Numbered from the stretch's first letter, positions 1 to 9,421 are shown. The stretch is DNA of 64,000 nucleotides from Candidatus Yanofskybacteria bacterium RIFCSPHIGHO2_01_FULL_43_32 (GCA_001794125.1 MGJF01000002.1:236514-300513), one strand, 5' to 3'. Program-made: numbers and translations. Notes: generated by a model not told the origin, from the letters alone.

Positions 1-200
1 TTGTGGTCCACGGCGGGGGGTTGAGCGGTCAGGCCGGCGCCATCAAACACGGCATAGCCAGAGCATTGGTTGAATTTGACCTCAACTTCCGAAAAAAACT
101 CAAAAAGTCCGGCTTCCTCACCCGCGACTCCCGCATCAAAGAACGACGCAAGTACGGCCACAAGAAAGCCAGAAAAATGGGTCAATTTAGCAAACGTTAG
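1..200 (+). CDS. rpsI: 30S ribosomal protein S9, C-terminal part (5' end outside window)
   Basis: ORF 3..200 ends ...[22 protein letters not shown], the canonical S9 C-terminus. Confidence 0.85.
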   Translation, partial: VVHGGGLSGQAGAIKHGIARALVEFDLNFRKKLKKSGFLTRDSRIKERRKYGHKKARKMGQFSKR

Positions 201-290
201 TTTGGTAAATTACCCGATTATTTTTCGCAGTCCCGTACCAATCCCGCCCTCTTTCTTAATGGCGGACAGCGGATAAGATTGGTGGCAGGG

Positions 291-323
291 ACAAGAAAAA
301 TGGGACAGTTCAGCAAACGTTAA
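291..323 (+). repeat. Imperfect duplicate (28/32 nt) of the last 32 nt of rpsI including its stop codon
   Basis: acaagaaaaatgggacagttcagcaaacgttaa vs 169-200 ccagaaaaatgggtcaatttagcaaacgttag. Confidence 0.6.
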
Positions 324-326
324 TCC

Positions 327-366
327 TAATAATCAACGGCTCACATGTGTGAGCCGTTGATTATTA
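327..366. repeat. Perfect 19-bp inverted repeat hairpin (taataatcaacggctcaca tg tgtgagccgttgattatta); possible rpsI terminator; half-site gtgagccgttgatt recurs at 19477-19490
   Basis: read directly; no T-tract follows. Confidence 0.5.
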
Positions 367-412
367 GGCGGAAGAATGGGAGTTTGACCTCCGCCTCAAA
401 TTCTCGTAAGGT

Positions 413-901
413 ATGGCTAGAGTTTCTTTGAAAAGAGGCAAGGAAATGACTGCGAATGTCATCTTCAGTTCTCTTCAAATAGAACCTACCGAAAGCCAAA
501 TTGGCGATATAAACGCACTTTTAAAACAGCTCACGAGCAAACCTAAAGAAGTAAACAGGGTAGTCTTGAATGAAATTTTAAGCCAATCGGGCGTTTCTAT
601 TTTATTGGTTAAAAATTCGGAAGACAGAATTATTGCTATGGCCACTTTGGCTGTTAGGCGTTTACTTCTGAATAAGACCGCAATAATTGGGGATGTCGTG
701 GTTGATGAACAACACCGCGGAATGAAGTTGGGAAAAAGAATGATGGAATTTTTGATAAATAAAGCACGGGAAGAAAAGGTTTTATTTATCAGTTTAACCA
801 GCCACCCTCATCGTGAAGCAGCAAATCATATGTATCAAAGTTTAGGATTTGAACTTATAGGAAAGGTTGGGGAGAGTAACTATTACAGACTGCCGCTATA
901 G
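413..901 (+). CDS. GNAT family N-acetyltransferase
   Basis: acetyl-CoA binding-like motif HRGMKLGKRMMEFLINKA and C-terminal ...YQSLGFELIG typical of GNAT fold. Confidence 0.7.
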   Translation: MARVSLKRGKEMTANVIFSSLQIEPTESQIGDINALLKQLTSKPKEVNRVVLNEILSQSGVSILLVKNSEDRIIAMATLAVRRLLLNKTAIIGDVVVDEQHRGMKLGKRMMEFLINKAREEKVLFISLTSHPHREAANHMYQSLGFELIGKVGESNYYRLPL

Positions 902-949
902 AGGCGGCTTTTGTTTATTGATTTTTGGGCAGAGAAGTGATATTTTTTA

Positions 950-1180
950 TTGACACCGTTTTTTGATAAGATGATGACAATGAAAGCAAAACTCGTCCTG
1001 CACCATGACGATCCGCCGTGTACGGCACGGCTGGATGCTAACGGCAATTGTCCGGAATGCGGAGTTCATCCGGACATGCAAAGCACCGCTTTTCATTACT
1101 ATTGTACCATCTGCCGGGTCCCGCTGAAAAACATGACCTGTATCGTCTGCAGAACAGCTTTCGAGAAGCCGGCAAAATAG
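950..1180 (+). CDS. Small Cys-rich zinc-ribbon protein (CPEC, CTIC, CIVC), hypothetical; true start may be an internal Met near 971-980
   Basis: three CxxC pairs; coding segment is GC-rich; TTGACA-like box at 951; antisense ORF 947..1210 judged less likely. Confidence 0.4.
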   Translation: MTPFFDKMMTMKAKLVLHHDDPPCTARLDANGNCPECGVHPDMQSTAFHYYCTICRVPLKNMTCIVCRTAFEKPAK

Positions 1181-1202
1181 CCGGTTTTTAATTAAAATAA
1201 AT

Positions 1203-1217
1203 CCGCACAATGTGCGG
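1203..1217. terminator. Hairpin CCGCACA a TGTGCGG between convergent genes (bidirectional terminator-like)
   Basis: perfect 7-bp stem, AT-rich flanks. Confidence 0.4.
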
Positions 1218-1219
1218 TA

Positions 1220-1452
1220 TTAGCTTAAAGCTTTTGTTATAAGAGGCGACTTCATCTTTAATACTGCTCCCGGATCTGTCCTGTCGTCATAGTCCGTATC
1301 TACAGTAATCGACCCGCATACTATGCACCACCTGACAACATCACTCTCCATATCGCCTCCTGATTCATAAATTTTTACAAGCGTGTGTTTGCCATTTTTA
1401 CATTCTCTCTCAACAATTTTATCAACATTGGCCTTGTATTTTTCTCTTGTCA
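1220..1452 (-). CDS. Small hypothetical protein with CxxG/CxxC motif (track ORF extends to 1654; N-terminal extension probably not coding because it consists of a dispersed repeat)
   Basis: Met at 1452 preceded by GAGAGG RBS; upstream 1521-1605 is a repeat whose other copy (40929-41013) is intergenic. Confidence 0.4.
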
Positions 1453-1520
1453 TCGCAAACCTCTCACAAAACAGGACTTCGCTGATAATACCGCGATTTT
1501 TTATTCTAAGCAACTCATGA

Positions 1521-1605
1521 GCGGCAAATCTTTCTTGTCTCTCGGCATTATTTAAGAACCAAGCAAATAATGCCTCCGAGTCCTTCTCTGAAGGCACATG
1601 TCCTT
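1521..1605 (+). repeat. Dispersed structured repeat family 1, copy 1 (hairpin CTCGGCATTATTT-aAGAACCAAGC-AAATAATGCCTCCGAG followed by CCTTCtctgGAAGG)
   Basis: ~85 % identity with 40929-41013; stem differences are compensatory (tattt/aaata vs ttcg/cgaaa). Confidence 0.6.
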
Positions 1606-1754
1606 CGCTGCCATGTTTAATTACGAAAGGAACCCCGGTCGTCTTAAGACACATAAAGACCCTCGCGAAGGCGAGGGCGTAAGGTAGCTGAGGTTCAGCA
1701 GAACCGGAAGCGGGCCGTAGATGACCGGGGTTCCTGGAGGATTATTTTCAAACA

Positions 1755-2615
1755 CTAATTTACTTCTACAATATTCAATCCGCCGCGTTTGTCTAACTCT
1801 ATGACCTTATATCCGCTTGAATCAACAACAATATGGTCGCTGTCGCGAAACCATGCGGCGTTATTTATTTTGACGGAGAATTTTGTTATCAATTCTTTGT
1901 CTCCGGCCTTGCGGTACGGCTGATAATCGGTATCCGAAAGCCACATCACCCAGAGTTCATTTTCGTTCCACCAAGTAATTTTTTTGCCGTCTGGCGATAC
2001 GACGAATCCGGCCACAAGATAAGCCAGACGCTCGGTCTCACCGTTTTCCATATTCTTAAATAAAACCCCGTTCTTGACATAGAAAGGTTCTGTTGATACG
2101 GGAACCGGCGAAGGAGCCGGGGTTTTACTTGGAGATGGTTTTGGCGCAGGTTTTGAACCCGGTTTTGGAGAAGGATATAGGAGTTCGGTTATTTCCTTCT
2201 TTAGGGCCACGGCTTTATCTCCCGATTTAGGAAGAAGCAGGATTCTGGAATAGTCGCTTACCAATCCTTCCTCTACGGGGACTTTTTTCTGCCATGAACT
2301 GAAATTATCTTTTTGCAGGCGAACCGTATACTGTCCCGGCAAAAGCCCGCTTATCGCATATGAGTTGCCGAAGAAAGACGTTGAATTTAAAAACTTATCA
2401 TTCAGATACACTTTTGCGTCTTCATTTGCTTTCACAAATATTGACCCCGTCCGGAAAAACCTCGCTTCGGAAAAACTGTATTTATATCCTTGAGCGTAAA
2501 GAATAATAACATAGCTCAACAAAACAAAGATAACCGCCGCCGAATAAAACAGAGCTCTTTTTGTTTGTTTAGTCATTATAGAACCAGATAAGTTTAGCAT
2601 ATCAGCGGGCACCAT
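1755..2615 (-). CDS. Membrane-anchored exported protein with Pro-rich linker (PSPKPGSKPAPKPSPSKTPAPSPVP), hypothetical; alternative start at 2576 (MTKQTKR...)
   Basis: N-terminal TM segment after MTKQTKRALF, low-complexity PxP linker. Confidence 0.6.
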   Translation of the reverse strand: MVPADMLNLSGSIMTKQTKRALFYSAAVIFVLLSYVIILYAQGYKYSFSEARFFRTGSIFVKANEDAKVYLNDKFLNSTSFFGNSYAISGLLPGQYTVRLQKDNFSSWQKKVPVEEGLVSDYSRILLLPKSGDKAVALKKEITELLYPSPKPGSKPAPKPSPSKTPAPSPVPVSTEPFYVKNGVLFKNMENGETERLAYLVAGFVVSPDGKKITWWNENELWVMWLSDTDYQPYRKAGDKELITKFSVKINNAAWFRDSDHIVVDSSGYKVIELDKRGGLNIVEVN

Positions 2616-2686
2616 TCAATGTTATGTCTTGCTTTTTTATTAAATTCATGATATAATATAACTATCGAAATCAAGGGAGGTGGAAA

Positions 2687-3022
2687 GTGATAAGTACCTT
2701 GGAAAAATTGGTCATGAAATTCTGCGTGATATCCATGCTCACAGGCGCGTGCCTGAACTACATCGTTCTTTTCGTCAACGACGGCAAAATGCCTGTCGAT
2801 ACGACGGAGCCGGTGATAAGCGAGCGGCATATCCCGATGAACGAGTCCAGCCGGCTGACCATGCTGGCCGACATCTTCCACGCGGAATTGCCCTATGGGG
2901 TCAAAGCCACATACAGCATCGGAGACGTGTTCATCTATTCCGGAGTGCTGACAGCCCTGATCCTCCTCACGGGGTATTTCTTCCTGATGCTGAAATACTT
3001 CAGTCGGCGTCTCATTTTTTAA
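2687..3022 (+). CDS. DUF5317-like membrane protein, apparently only the C-terminal half (NDGKMPV ... SIGDVFIYSGVL)
   Basis: GTG start preceded by GGGAGGTG RBS; GC-rich relative to surroundings; motif resemblance recalled, not searched. Confidence 0.45.
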   Translation: MISTLEKLVMKFCVISMLTGACLNYIVLFVNDGKMPVDTTEPVISERHIPMNESSRLTMLADIFHAELPYGVKATYSIGDVFIYSGVLTALILLTGYFFLMLKYFSRRLIF

Positions 3023-3071
3023 TGGGGGATGCCGACTTTTATTTTTGTCCAAAAAATGTATCATATAGTGC

Positions 3072-4319
3072 ATGGATAAATTTGTTATCAACGGGGGAAA
3101 CAAACTCAAGGGCAAAATAGAGGTCAGGGGCGCAAAGAACGCCGCCCTTAAAATTTTTGCCGCTTCGGTTCTTACATCAGGAACCGTAAGAATAAAAAAT
3201 GTTCCAGAAGTGGAAGACATAGTCAGAATATCCGAATTACTGAAAAATCTTGGCGTTGAAGTTCTCCATCCCAAACACGGCGAGTATCGAATAACGGCCG
3301 CCAAAATAAAAACTTCGGCCATAAATCCGAAAATAGCCAAAAAACTCCGGGCTTCTATCGTGCTCACGGCTTCGCTCCTCGCCCGCGCCGGAAATGTTAA
3401 ATTTCCTCACCCGGGCGGATGCGTGATAGGCGAAAGGCCGATAGACATATTTCTGGACGGCTACAAAACATTAGGGGCAAAAATAAATTACCGCAACGGA
3501 CTTTATGAAATCAAAGGCAAGCTGATAGGCGCTAAATTTACGTTTAACAACGTAAGCGTCACCGGAACCGAGGCCATGATTATGGCCGCTTCTCTCGCCA
3601 AGGGCAAAACTATTTTAAAAAATTGCGCCTGCGAACCGGAAATAGAGAGTTTGGCAAATTTTTTAAATTCATGCGGAGCCAAAATCCAGGGAGCGGGCAC
3701 TCCTTTCATCGCGATTGAAGGGGTAAAGAGTTTAATTGGGGGCGAATATCAAACCATCCCCGACAGAATAGAGGCCGGAACGTTCGCTATTTTAGCGGCG
3801 GCGACAAAAAGCAATATTTTAATAAAAAATTGCGAGCCGGAACATTTGGATTCTTTGTGGAATGTATTGAGAAAGGCCGGCGTCCGTTTAAATATAGGCA
3901 AAAATCAGGTTGAGGTCATTCCTTCCGGATTAAAAACCGTAAACGTCAAGACCCATGAGTATCCCGGGTTTCCTACCGATTTACAGTCGCCTGTTTGTGT
4001 GCTATTAACTCAAGCAGAGGGTCAGGGACTGGTTCACGAAACAATTTACGAAGGGAGACTGCTCTGGACCGAAGAGTTAAAAAGAATGGGCGCGAATGTT
4101 TTGATGCACGACCCCCATAGAATTTCCATACAGGGACCGACAAAGTTGAGGTCCAGAAATATTGAAAGTCCTGATTTGCGGGCGGGAATGGCATATCTTA
4201 TCGCGGTGCTGTGCGCAAAAGGAAAGTCGGTTATCAATAACGTGTATCAAATCGACAGGGGATATGAAAAAATAGAGGAGCGCTTAAGAAAAATAGGGGC
4301 GGATATAAAAAGAATTTAA
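3072..4319 (+). CDS. murA: UDP-N-acetylglucosamine 1-carboxyvinyltransferase
   Basis: MDKFVINGGNKLKGKIEVRGAKNAALKI... and catalytic Cys region PHPGGCVIGERPID. Confidence 0.9.
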   Translation: MDKFVINGGNKLKGKIEVRGAKNAALKIFAASVLTSGTVRIKNVPEVEDIVRISELLKNLGVEVLHPKHGEYRITAAKIKTSAINPKIAKKLRASIVLTASLLARAGNVKFPHPGGCVIGERPIDIFLDGYKTLGAKINYRNGLYEIKGKLIGAKFTFNNVSVTGTEAMIMAASLAKGKTILKNCACEPEIESLANFLNSCGAKIQGAGTPFIAIEGVKSLIGGEYQTIPDRIEAGTFAILAAATKSNILIKNCEPEHLDSLWNVLRKAGVRLNIGKNQVEVIPSGLKTVNVKTHEYPGFPTDLQSPVCVLLTQAEGQGLVHETIYEGRLLWTEELKRMGANVLMHDPHRISIQGPTKLRSRNIESPDLRAGMAYLIAVLCAKGKSVINNVYQIDRGYEKIEERLRKIGADIKRI

Positions 4320-4322
4320 AAA

Positions 4323-5324
4323 ATGAAGAAAATAGGCATCGATCTCGGCACAACTAATACTGTGGTATTCATACCCAAAAAGGGAATTATCATCAATGAA
4401 CCTTCTGTTGTCGCCATTTCCATTTTAGACAATAAAATAATGTCCGTCGGCAATCTCGCCAAAGAAATGATAGGCCGGACGCCTGACAGTATTATCGTAT
4501 CCAAGCCGTTGATTGACGGCGCCATCGCCGATTACCGCGTTACGGGAGCAATGCTCCGTTATTTCATCAAAAGGGCCGGAGGATTCTTGAGTTTTGTTAA
4601 GCCGGAAGTTTTGATATCGGTTCCGGCAGGAATTAACTCCACCGAGAAAAGAGCAGTTATTGAAGCGGCGCTCAATGCGGGAGCCAAGGCGGTTTATCTT
4701 GTCAAAGAGCCGGTGCTTGCCGCCATCGGAGCCAAGATATCCATAAACAGTCCGGCGGGAAATATGATTTTGAATATCGGAGGAGGCACCACCGAAATAG
4801 CCGTCATTTCCCTCGGCGGAATTGTAACCTGGAAATCAGTCCGCATCGGCGGAAATAAGCTTGATCAGGCAATCGTTGAATATATTAAAAAGAAACACGG
4901 CCTGGCAATCGGCGAAAGAACCGCCGAACTTCTTAAAATTTCCATCGGAAGCGCCATGAAAGTGCCCGAAGAGGAAAAAATAAATATCAGAGGAAGAGAT
5001 CTTGCCACCGGCTATCCTAAAACAATTGAAATAACCACCAACGAAATCACCGAAGCCATCACCGAACAACTCCGGGAAATAGTCCAGATAATTAAAAGCG
5101 TCCTTGAAATAACCCCTCCGGAACTTTGCTCGGACATCATGGACAAAGGAATTCACATTTCCGGAGGCGGAGCTTTGCTTAAAAACATAGACAAGCTGAT
5201 TACCAAAGTAACAGGCGTTCCGGCAACGATTGCCGACGATCCGCTATTCTGCGTCGCCCGCGGCACAGGCATAGTTCTTGAGAACCTGGATATCTACAAA
5301 CGTAATGTTCTCGCAAAAAGATAA
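4323..5324 (+). CDS. mreB: Rod shape-determining protein MreB (actin-like ATPase)
   Basis: [16 protein letters not shown]... phosphate-1 motif and actin-fold throughout. Confidence 0.9.
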   Translation: MKKIGIDLGTTNTVVFIPKKGIIINEPSVVAISILDNKIMSVGNLAKEMIGRTPDSIIVSKPLIDGAIADYRVTGAMLRYFIKRAGGFLSFVKPEVLISVPAGINSTEKRAVIEAALNAGAKAVYLVKEPVLAAIGAKISINSPAGNMILNIGGGTTEIAVISLGGIVTWKSVRIGGNKLDQAIVEYIKKKHGLAIGERTAELLKISIGSAMKVPEEEKINIRGRDLATGYPKTIEITTNEITEAITEQLREIVQIIKSVLEITPPELCSDIMDKGIHISGGGALLKNIDKLITKVTGVPATIADDPLFCVARGTGIVLENLDIYKRNVLAKR

Positions 5325-5349
5325 AACCGCCAAATAAAAAGGCCGGCGA

Positions 5350-5775
5350 TTACGCCGGTTTTACCTTACCATGTTGAGTGATTGTTACCGTTCGACCGTC
5401 TGGGTCTCTCGTTTCAGCTAAAGTACAACAAAAATACATCTTGGGATTTCCCGGCCTTGAAACCGGAGTATCCATTTCCATCAGCTTCTTGAGCACTTCA
5501 GGAACATTTTCTACATCAAATCCCAGCCCGTGGGGGCTGACCACTGGCAATCCAGATTTCAACGGATGGATCTCAAAGAAAATTCTCTGTCCGCCATGCT
5601 CAAGAATATCAAGATAATGATACTCTCCACTCCACTCGCCTCGGGACTTCTGGAGGTTGAGTCCGATCGCATTATAGAATTCGGCTGTCTTGTCCATAAA
5701 TACCGAAAAAAGGGTGATACGACTTACAGCCACATCGATGGTCATTGCTTTCTCCCAATAAAAGAACTTGGACAA
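5350..5775 (-). CDS. VOC/glyoxalase family protein (start more likely at 5745, MTIDVAV...)
   Basis: glyoxalase-like beta-alpha-beta motifs; size 130-140 aa. Confidence 0.55.
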   Translation of the reverse strand: MSKFFYWEKAMTIDVAVSRITLFSVFMDKTAEFYNAIGLNLQKSRGEWSGEYHYLDILEHGGQRIFFEIHPLKSGLPVVSPHGLGFDVENVPEVLKKLMEMDTPVSRPGNPKMYFCCTLAETRDPDGRTVTITQHGKVKPA

Positions 5776-5832
5776 AGAATATCAGAATCCGGGACTCTTT
5801 GTAAACATTCCCGATTGTGATATTAATTACAC

Positions 5833-6924
5833 ATGAGAATCGCATTCGTGCATGACTGGCTGAACAACCTCGGCGGGGCCGAGAGGGTTTTGGTGGAACT
5901 CCACAAGATATTTCCGGACGCGCCGATATATGTCCTTTTTTCCAATAAAAAATTTGTCCGGGAATTTCTGCCCGACGCGGAAATCAGAGCAAGTTCTCTC
6001 CAAAAAATTCCTTTAATAAACAGATTATACAAATATTTATTTTTCCTGATGCCGCCGGCAATTGAGTCTTTTGACCTGTCTGGTTTTGATATTGTTATAT
6101 CTTCGTCAGTCATATTTTCCAAAGGTCTGGTTCTAAAACCAAAAACAAAACACATCTGCTACTGCTACAGCCCGACGAGATTTTTGTGGGACAGGCATGC
6201 TGAATATGAAAACCGGGGTGTATTGGCTGGATTGTCCCGTCATTTATTGAGAATCTGGGACAGGCAGGCTTCGGACAGGGTGGACAAGTTTATCGCCATC
6301 TCCGAGCATGTCCAATCAAGAATTAAAAAATATTACGGCAAAGAGTCACAAATTATTTACCCCCCAATATCCCCAACCTCATACCCGACACGCCGTGTCG
6401 GACATGAGAAATCTGTGGATAACTCGGAATATTATTTAATAGTAAGCCGGCTTTTTCCTCATAAAAATATAGACATTGCGATAGATGCATTCAATAAATT
6501 GGGGTACGAACTCGTGATCATCGGCGACGGACCGGCCAAGAACAACCTGAAAAAAAAGGCCGGCAAGAATATAAAAATCCTCGGATACAAAAAAGATGAA
6601 GAGGTTGGGAATTACTACCGCAACTGCAAAGCGTTCATCATGCCCCAGGAAGAAGATTTCGGACTGACACCTCTTGAAGCAATGAGCTTCGGCAAGCCGG
6701 TATTGGCTCTCCGGAAAGGCGGAGCGCTGGAAACGGTAGCAGAAAATATCACCGGAGAATTTTTTGACGACCCGATTCCGGAGGCGCTGGCCGACGGCGT
6801 CCGCCGCCTGAACAAGAATTACAAAAATTATAACCCCTTAATTATCCGGAAATGGGCCGAAAAATTCTCACGGGACAGATTCCGGAAAGAAATGTTAAAA
6901 TTAGTAAACGAAATATGCGGCTAA
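5833..6924 (+). CDS. Glycosyltransferase family 4 (GT-B, group 1)
   Basis: MRIAFVHDWLNNLGGAERV... N-term and C-terminal EEDFGLTPLEAMSFGKPV motif. Confidence 0.8.
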   Translation: MRIAFVHDWLNNLGGAERVLVELHKIFPDAPIYVLFSNKKFVREFLPDAEIRASSLQKIPLINRLYKYLFFLMPPAIESFDLSGFDIVISSSVIFSKGLVLKPKTKHICYCYSPTRFLWDRHAEYENRGVLAGLSRHLLRIWDRQASDRVDKFIAISEHVQSRIKKYYGKESQIIYPPISPTSYPTRRVGHEKSVDNSEYYLIVSRLFPHKNIDIAIDAFNKLGYELVIIGDGPAKNNLKKKAGKNIKILGYKKDEEVGNYYRNCKAFIMPQEEDFGLTPLEAMSFGKPVLALRKGGALETVAENITGEFFDDPIPEALADGVRRLNKNYKNYNPLIIRKWAEKFSRDRFRKEMLKLVNEICG

Positions 6925-7799
6925 CCATTATTACAATCAACCACAATAGTTCGGAAAACACGATAAAACTTTTGGAATCATTAAAAAACCAGACCGAGAA
7001 AGATTTTGAGGTTATCGTTATAGATAACAACTCTGATAATGTAGGCAAACTGATGGATTATGAGACACCAGAAACCAACATAATTTACATAAAGAACGAC
7101 CGCAATCTGGGTTATTCGGGAGGCAATAATGCGGGTATCAAAAAAGCCCTTGAAAACGGGGCAGATTGGGTGCTTTTACTCAACAATGATACTTGGGTTG
7201 AAAGCTCATTTATAGAGCGTCTAAGGGCTGTTTTGGACTCTTCGGCGGGCTCAGGGCAAAGGGGCAAGGAAGGAATTATCGGCTTAGCTTTGGATGAAGG
7301 AAGCAGAACCTCTTTTGCCGGCCTGATTCAATGGTTAAAACCAACACTTATCCACATAACGACCTTCAAGGTCGTTAGTCCACGGGCTTATGCTATCGGC
7401 GGGGCGATGCTTATTCATAAGAATGTTTTTGATAAAACAGGATTTTTGGATGAGAATTATTTTTTGTATTTTGAGGACGCTGATTTTTGCCAAAGAGCCC
7501 GCAAAGCAAGGATTCCGGTATCTTTTCTATCCGAAATAAAAATCTCTCATTCCGTTTCCGCCTCAACCAAAAAACTGGGCTCGCCGATGCTTCTGCGGTA
7601 TCACTATCGTAATGCCCTCTATTTTAATTTTAAAAATGGGCCGTGGTATATTAAACTACTGACTCAGCCGTGGAGTTGGTTGATTGCTCTAAAACAAATA
7701 ATAAAAATAGTGATCGGCAAAAATAAGGAACAATCCCTTGCAATACTAAAGGGGGTGGGGGATTGGTATGCCGGCAGAATGGGAAAATTACATGATTAA
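6915..7799 (+). CDS. Glycosyltransferase family 2
   Basis: MRLTIITINHNSSENTIKLLESL...VIVIDNNSDN; ATG at 6915 overlaps upstream stop. Confidence 0.75.
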   Translation: MRLTIITINHNSSENTIKLLESLKNQTEKDFEVIVIDNNSDNVGKLMDYETPETNIIYIKNDRNLGYSGGNNAGIKKALENGADWVLLLNNDTWVESSFIERLRAVLDSSAGSGQRGKEGIIGLALDEGSRTSFAGLIQWLKPTLIHITTFKVVSPRAYAIGGAMLIHKNVFDKTGFLDENYFLYFEDADFCQRARKARIPVSFLSEIKISHSVSASTKKLGSPMLLRYHYRNALYFNFKNGPWYIKLLTQPWSWLIALKQIIKIVIGKNKEQSLAILKGVGDWYAGRMGKLHD

Positions 7800-8901
7800 A
7801 AAAATCGGCATTGAGTGCGAGCCGATCGAAAACGACACTTGGGGAGTCGCCCGTCTTACAAGCAAACTCCTCGAAGAGATATCAAGACGTCCGGAACTCA
7901 AAAATAAGTTTGAGTTTTATTTATATTTTAAATCAAAAATCCCCGATTATTCTTATCTCAAAAATCCTATTTTTAAGAAAAAAATATTAAAACCTCCGAT
8001 TATTCCGGCCTCGTTCAGTTTGTATTATTATGTTTATCTTCCGATTTATTTGCGGTTCAAGCGGGTTGATGTAATGTTTTTCCCGAATTATATGCTCCCT
8101 CTGATATTTTCCGGCAAATCGGTGGTCATGCTTACCGACGATGTTTATTATGAATCAAGAAATCAAAAACTTCCATTGCGATACAGGCTGGCATACCGCG
8201 TATTTGCAGGATGGGCCGCCGGTCATGCTTCACAAATTATGGCAATTTCTGAAACTTCAAAAAAAGAACTGGTCAAATTATTTAAAATAAAGCCGGAACG
8301 CATCGTAGTAAATCATTTGGGGGCAGATGTTCCTGCAACACAAAAAACTGATAACAATAATAAATATATTTTGTATGCCGGACAGGCCTTTCCGCGCAGA
8401 CACCTTAAAGAAACCATTTTGGCATTTGAAAACATAGCATCGATCTTCCCTGATTTAAAACTAATAGCCATTGGACCCGATAAATACGAAACTCCGACCA
8501 TCAGCCCCCTTGTTTCTCAAGTTAACGGCCGACTCCACCGGGAAGCCGTCATCCACAAGGACCATGTTAAAGATGACGAACTGGCTGATTTATACGCCGG
8601 AGCAAAAGCTTTGGTGTATGTCTCCGACAGGGAAGCCTTCGGTCTGCCTCCGATGGAAGCGCTTTCATTTGGCGTTCCGCCGGTTATCGCTGATAATGAA
8701 CTGGGGCACGAACTTTTCGGCGAATACGCCTTTTATTCAAAAAGTGGCGAAGTTGATGATATTGCCGAGACAATCGGACAAGCGTTAACTGACAATCAGA
8801 AAATTGATAAAATAAGATCCGAAGGCCCGGAATTCGTTAAAAAATATAATTGGAAAAGTTTTGTGGACAGGTTTTTAAAGCTAATAGAAAATGATCATTA
8901 A
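7792..8901 (+). CDS. Glycosyltransferase family 4-like (GT-B)
   Basis: C-terminal DREAFGLPPMEALSFGVPPV motif; start MIKKIGIE at 7792 overlapping upstream gene. Confidence 0.7.
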   Translation: MIKKIGIECEPIENDTWGVARLTSKLLEEISRRPELKNKFEFYLYFKSKIPDYSYLKNPIFKKKILKPPIIPASFSLYYYVYLPIYLRFKRVDVMFFPNYMLPLIFSGKSVVMLTDDVYYESRNQKLPLRYRLAYRVFAGWAAGHASQIMAISETSKKELVKLFKIKPERIVVNHLGADVPATQKTDNNNKYILYAGQAFPRRHLKETILAFENIASIFPDLKLIAIGPDKYETPTISPLVSQVNGRLHREAVIHKDHVKDDELADLYAGAKALVYVSDREAFGLPPMEALSFGVPPVIADNELGHELFGEYAFYSKSGEVDDIAETIGQALTDNQKIDKIRSEGPEFVKKYNWKSFVDRFLKLIENDH

Positions 8902-9421
8902 TATCGGTTCAAAAAATTTAATAAAAGTGGGGGCTGTTGAAGAAATTTTAAATGATTATCCTCACTTAAGAAAGGCTGAGATTATTGCCATAGAAGCATC
9001 ATCGGAAGTTGGTGATCAGCCTAAATCTTTAGAAGAAACAATTAAAGGGGCAATGAACCGCGCAAAAAACTCTTTTAATAATTGCGATTTTAGTTTTGGC
9101 ATTGAATCAGGTTTAATGGCCGTGCCTCATACAAAAACCGGCCATATGGATGTCTGCGTATGCGCTATATTTGATGGCAAAGAATATCATTTAGGACTTT
9201 CTTCTGCATGGGAAGCGCCCCAAAAGGTTGCTGACTATATGCTCAAAGAAGGTTTGGATATGAATGACGCCGCGCATAAATCGGGACTAACTAAAAATCC
9301 AAAAGTAGGTTCCGCGGAAGGATTGGTCGGAATAATGACGAGAGGCCGGTTAACCCGCAAAGAGTATACCAAAGAAGCCATAAGAACAGCATTAATTCAT
9401 ATAGACGTTGAGAATGAATAA
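8891..9421 (+). CDS. yjjX: Inosine/xanthosine triphosphatase-like non-canonical NTPase (YjjX/DUF84 family)
   Basis: GLVGIMTRGRLTRKEYTKEAIRTAL resembles YjjX C-terminus [25 protein letters not shown]. Confidence 0.6.
   Translation: MIINIGSKNLIKVGAVEEILNDYPHLRKAEIIAIEASSEVGDQPKSLEETIKGAMNRAKNSFNNCDFSFGIESGLMAVPHTKTGHMDVCVCAIFDGKEYHLGLSSAWEAPQKVADYMLKEGLDMNDAAHKSGLTKNPKVGSAEGLVGIMTRGRLTRKEYTKEAIRTALIHIDVENE

Noticed and set aside
1453-1654. N-terminal 67-codon extension of ORF 1220..1654
   Set aside because: It is composed of a dispersed repeat whose second copy is intergenic. A good RBS precedes the internal Met at 1452.
2594-3367. Long antisense or overlapping ORFs (e.g. 2594..3367 -, 2680..3120 +, 4836..5156 -, 23841..24299 +, 27170..27652 -, 28533..29138 -, 31373..32017 -, 58371..58919 -)
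   Set aside because: They lie opposite or out of frame to well-supported genes and have Arg/Ser-rich low-complexity translations.
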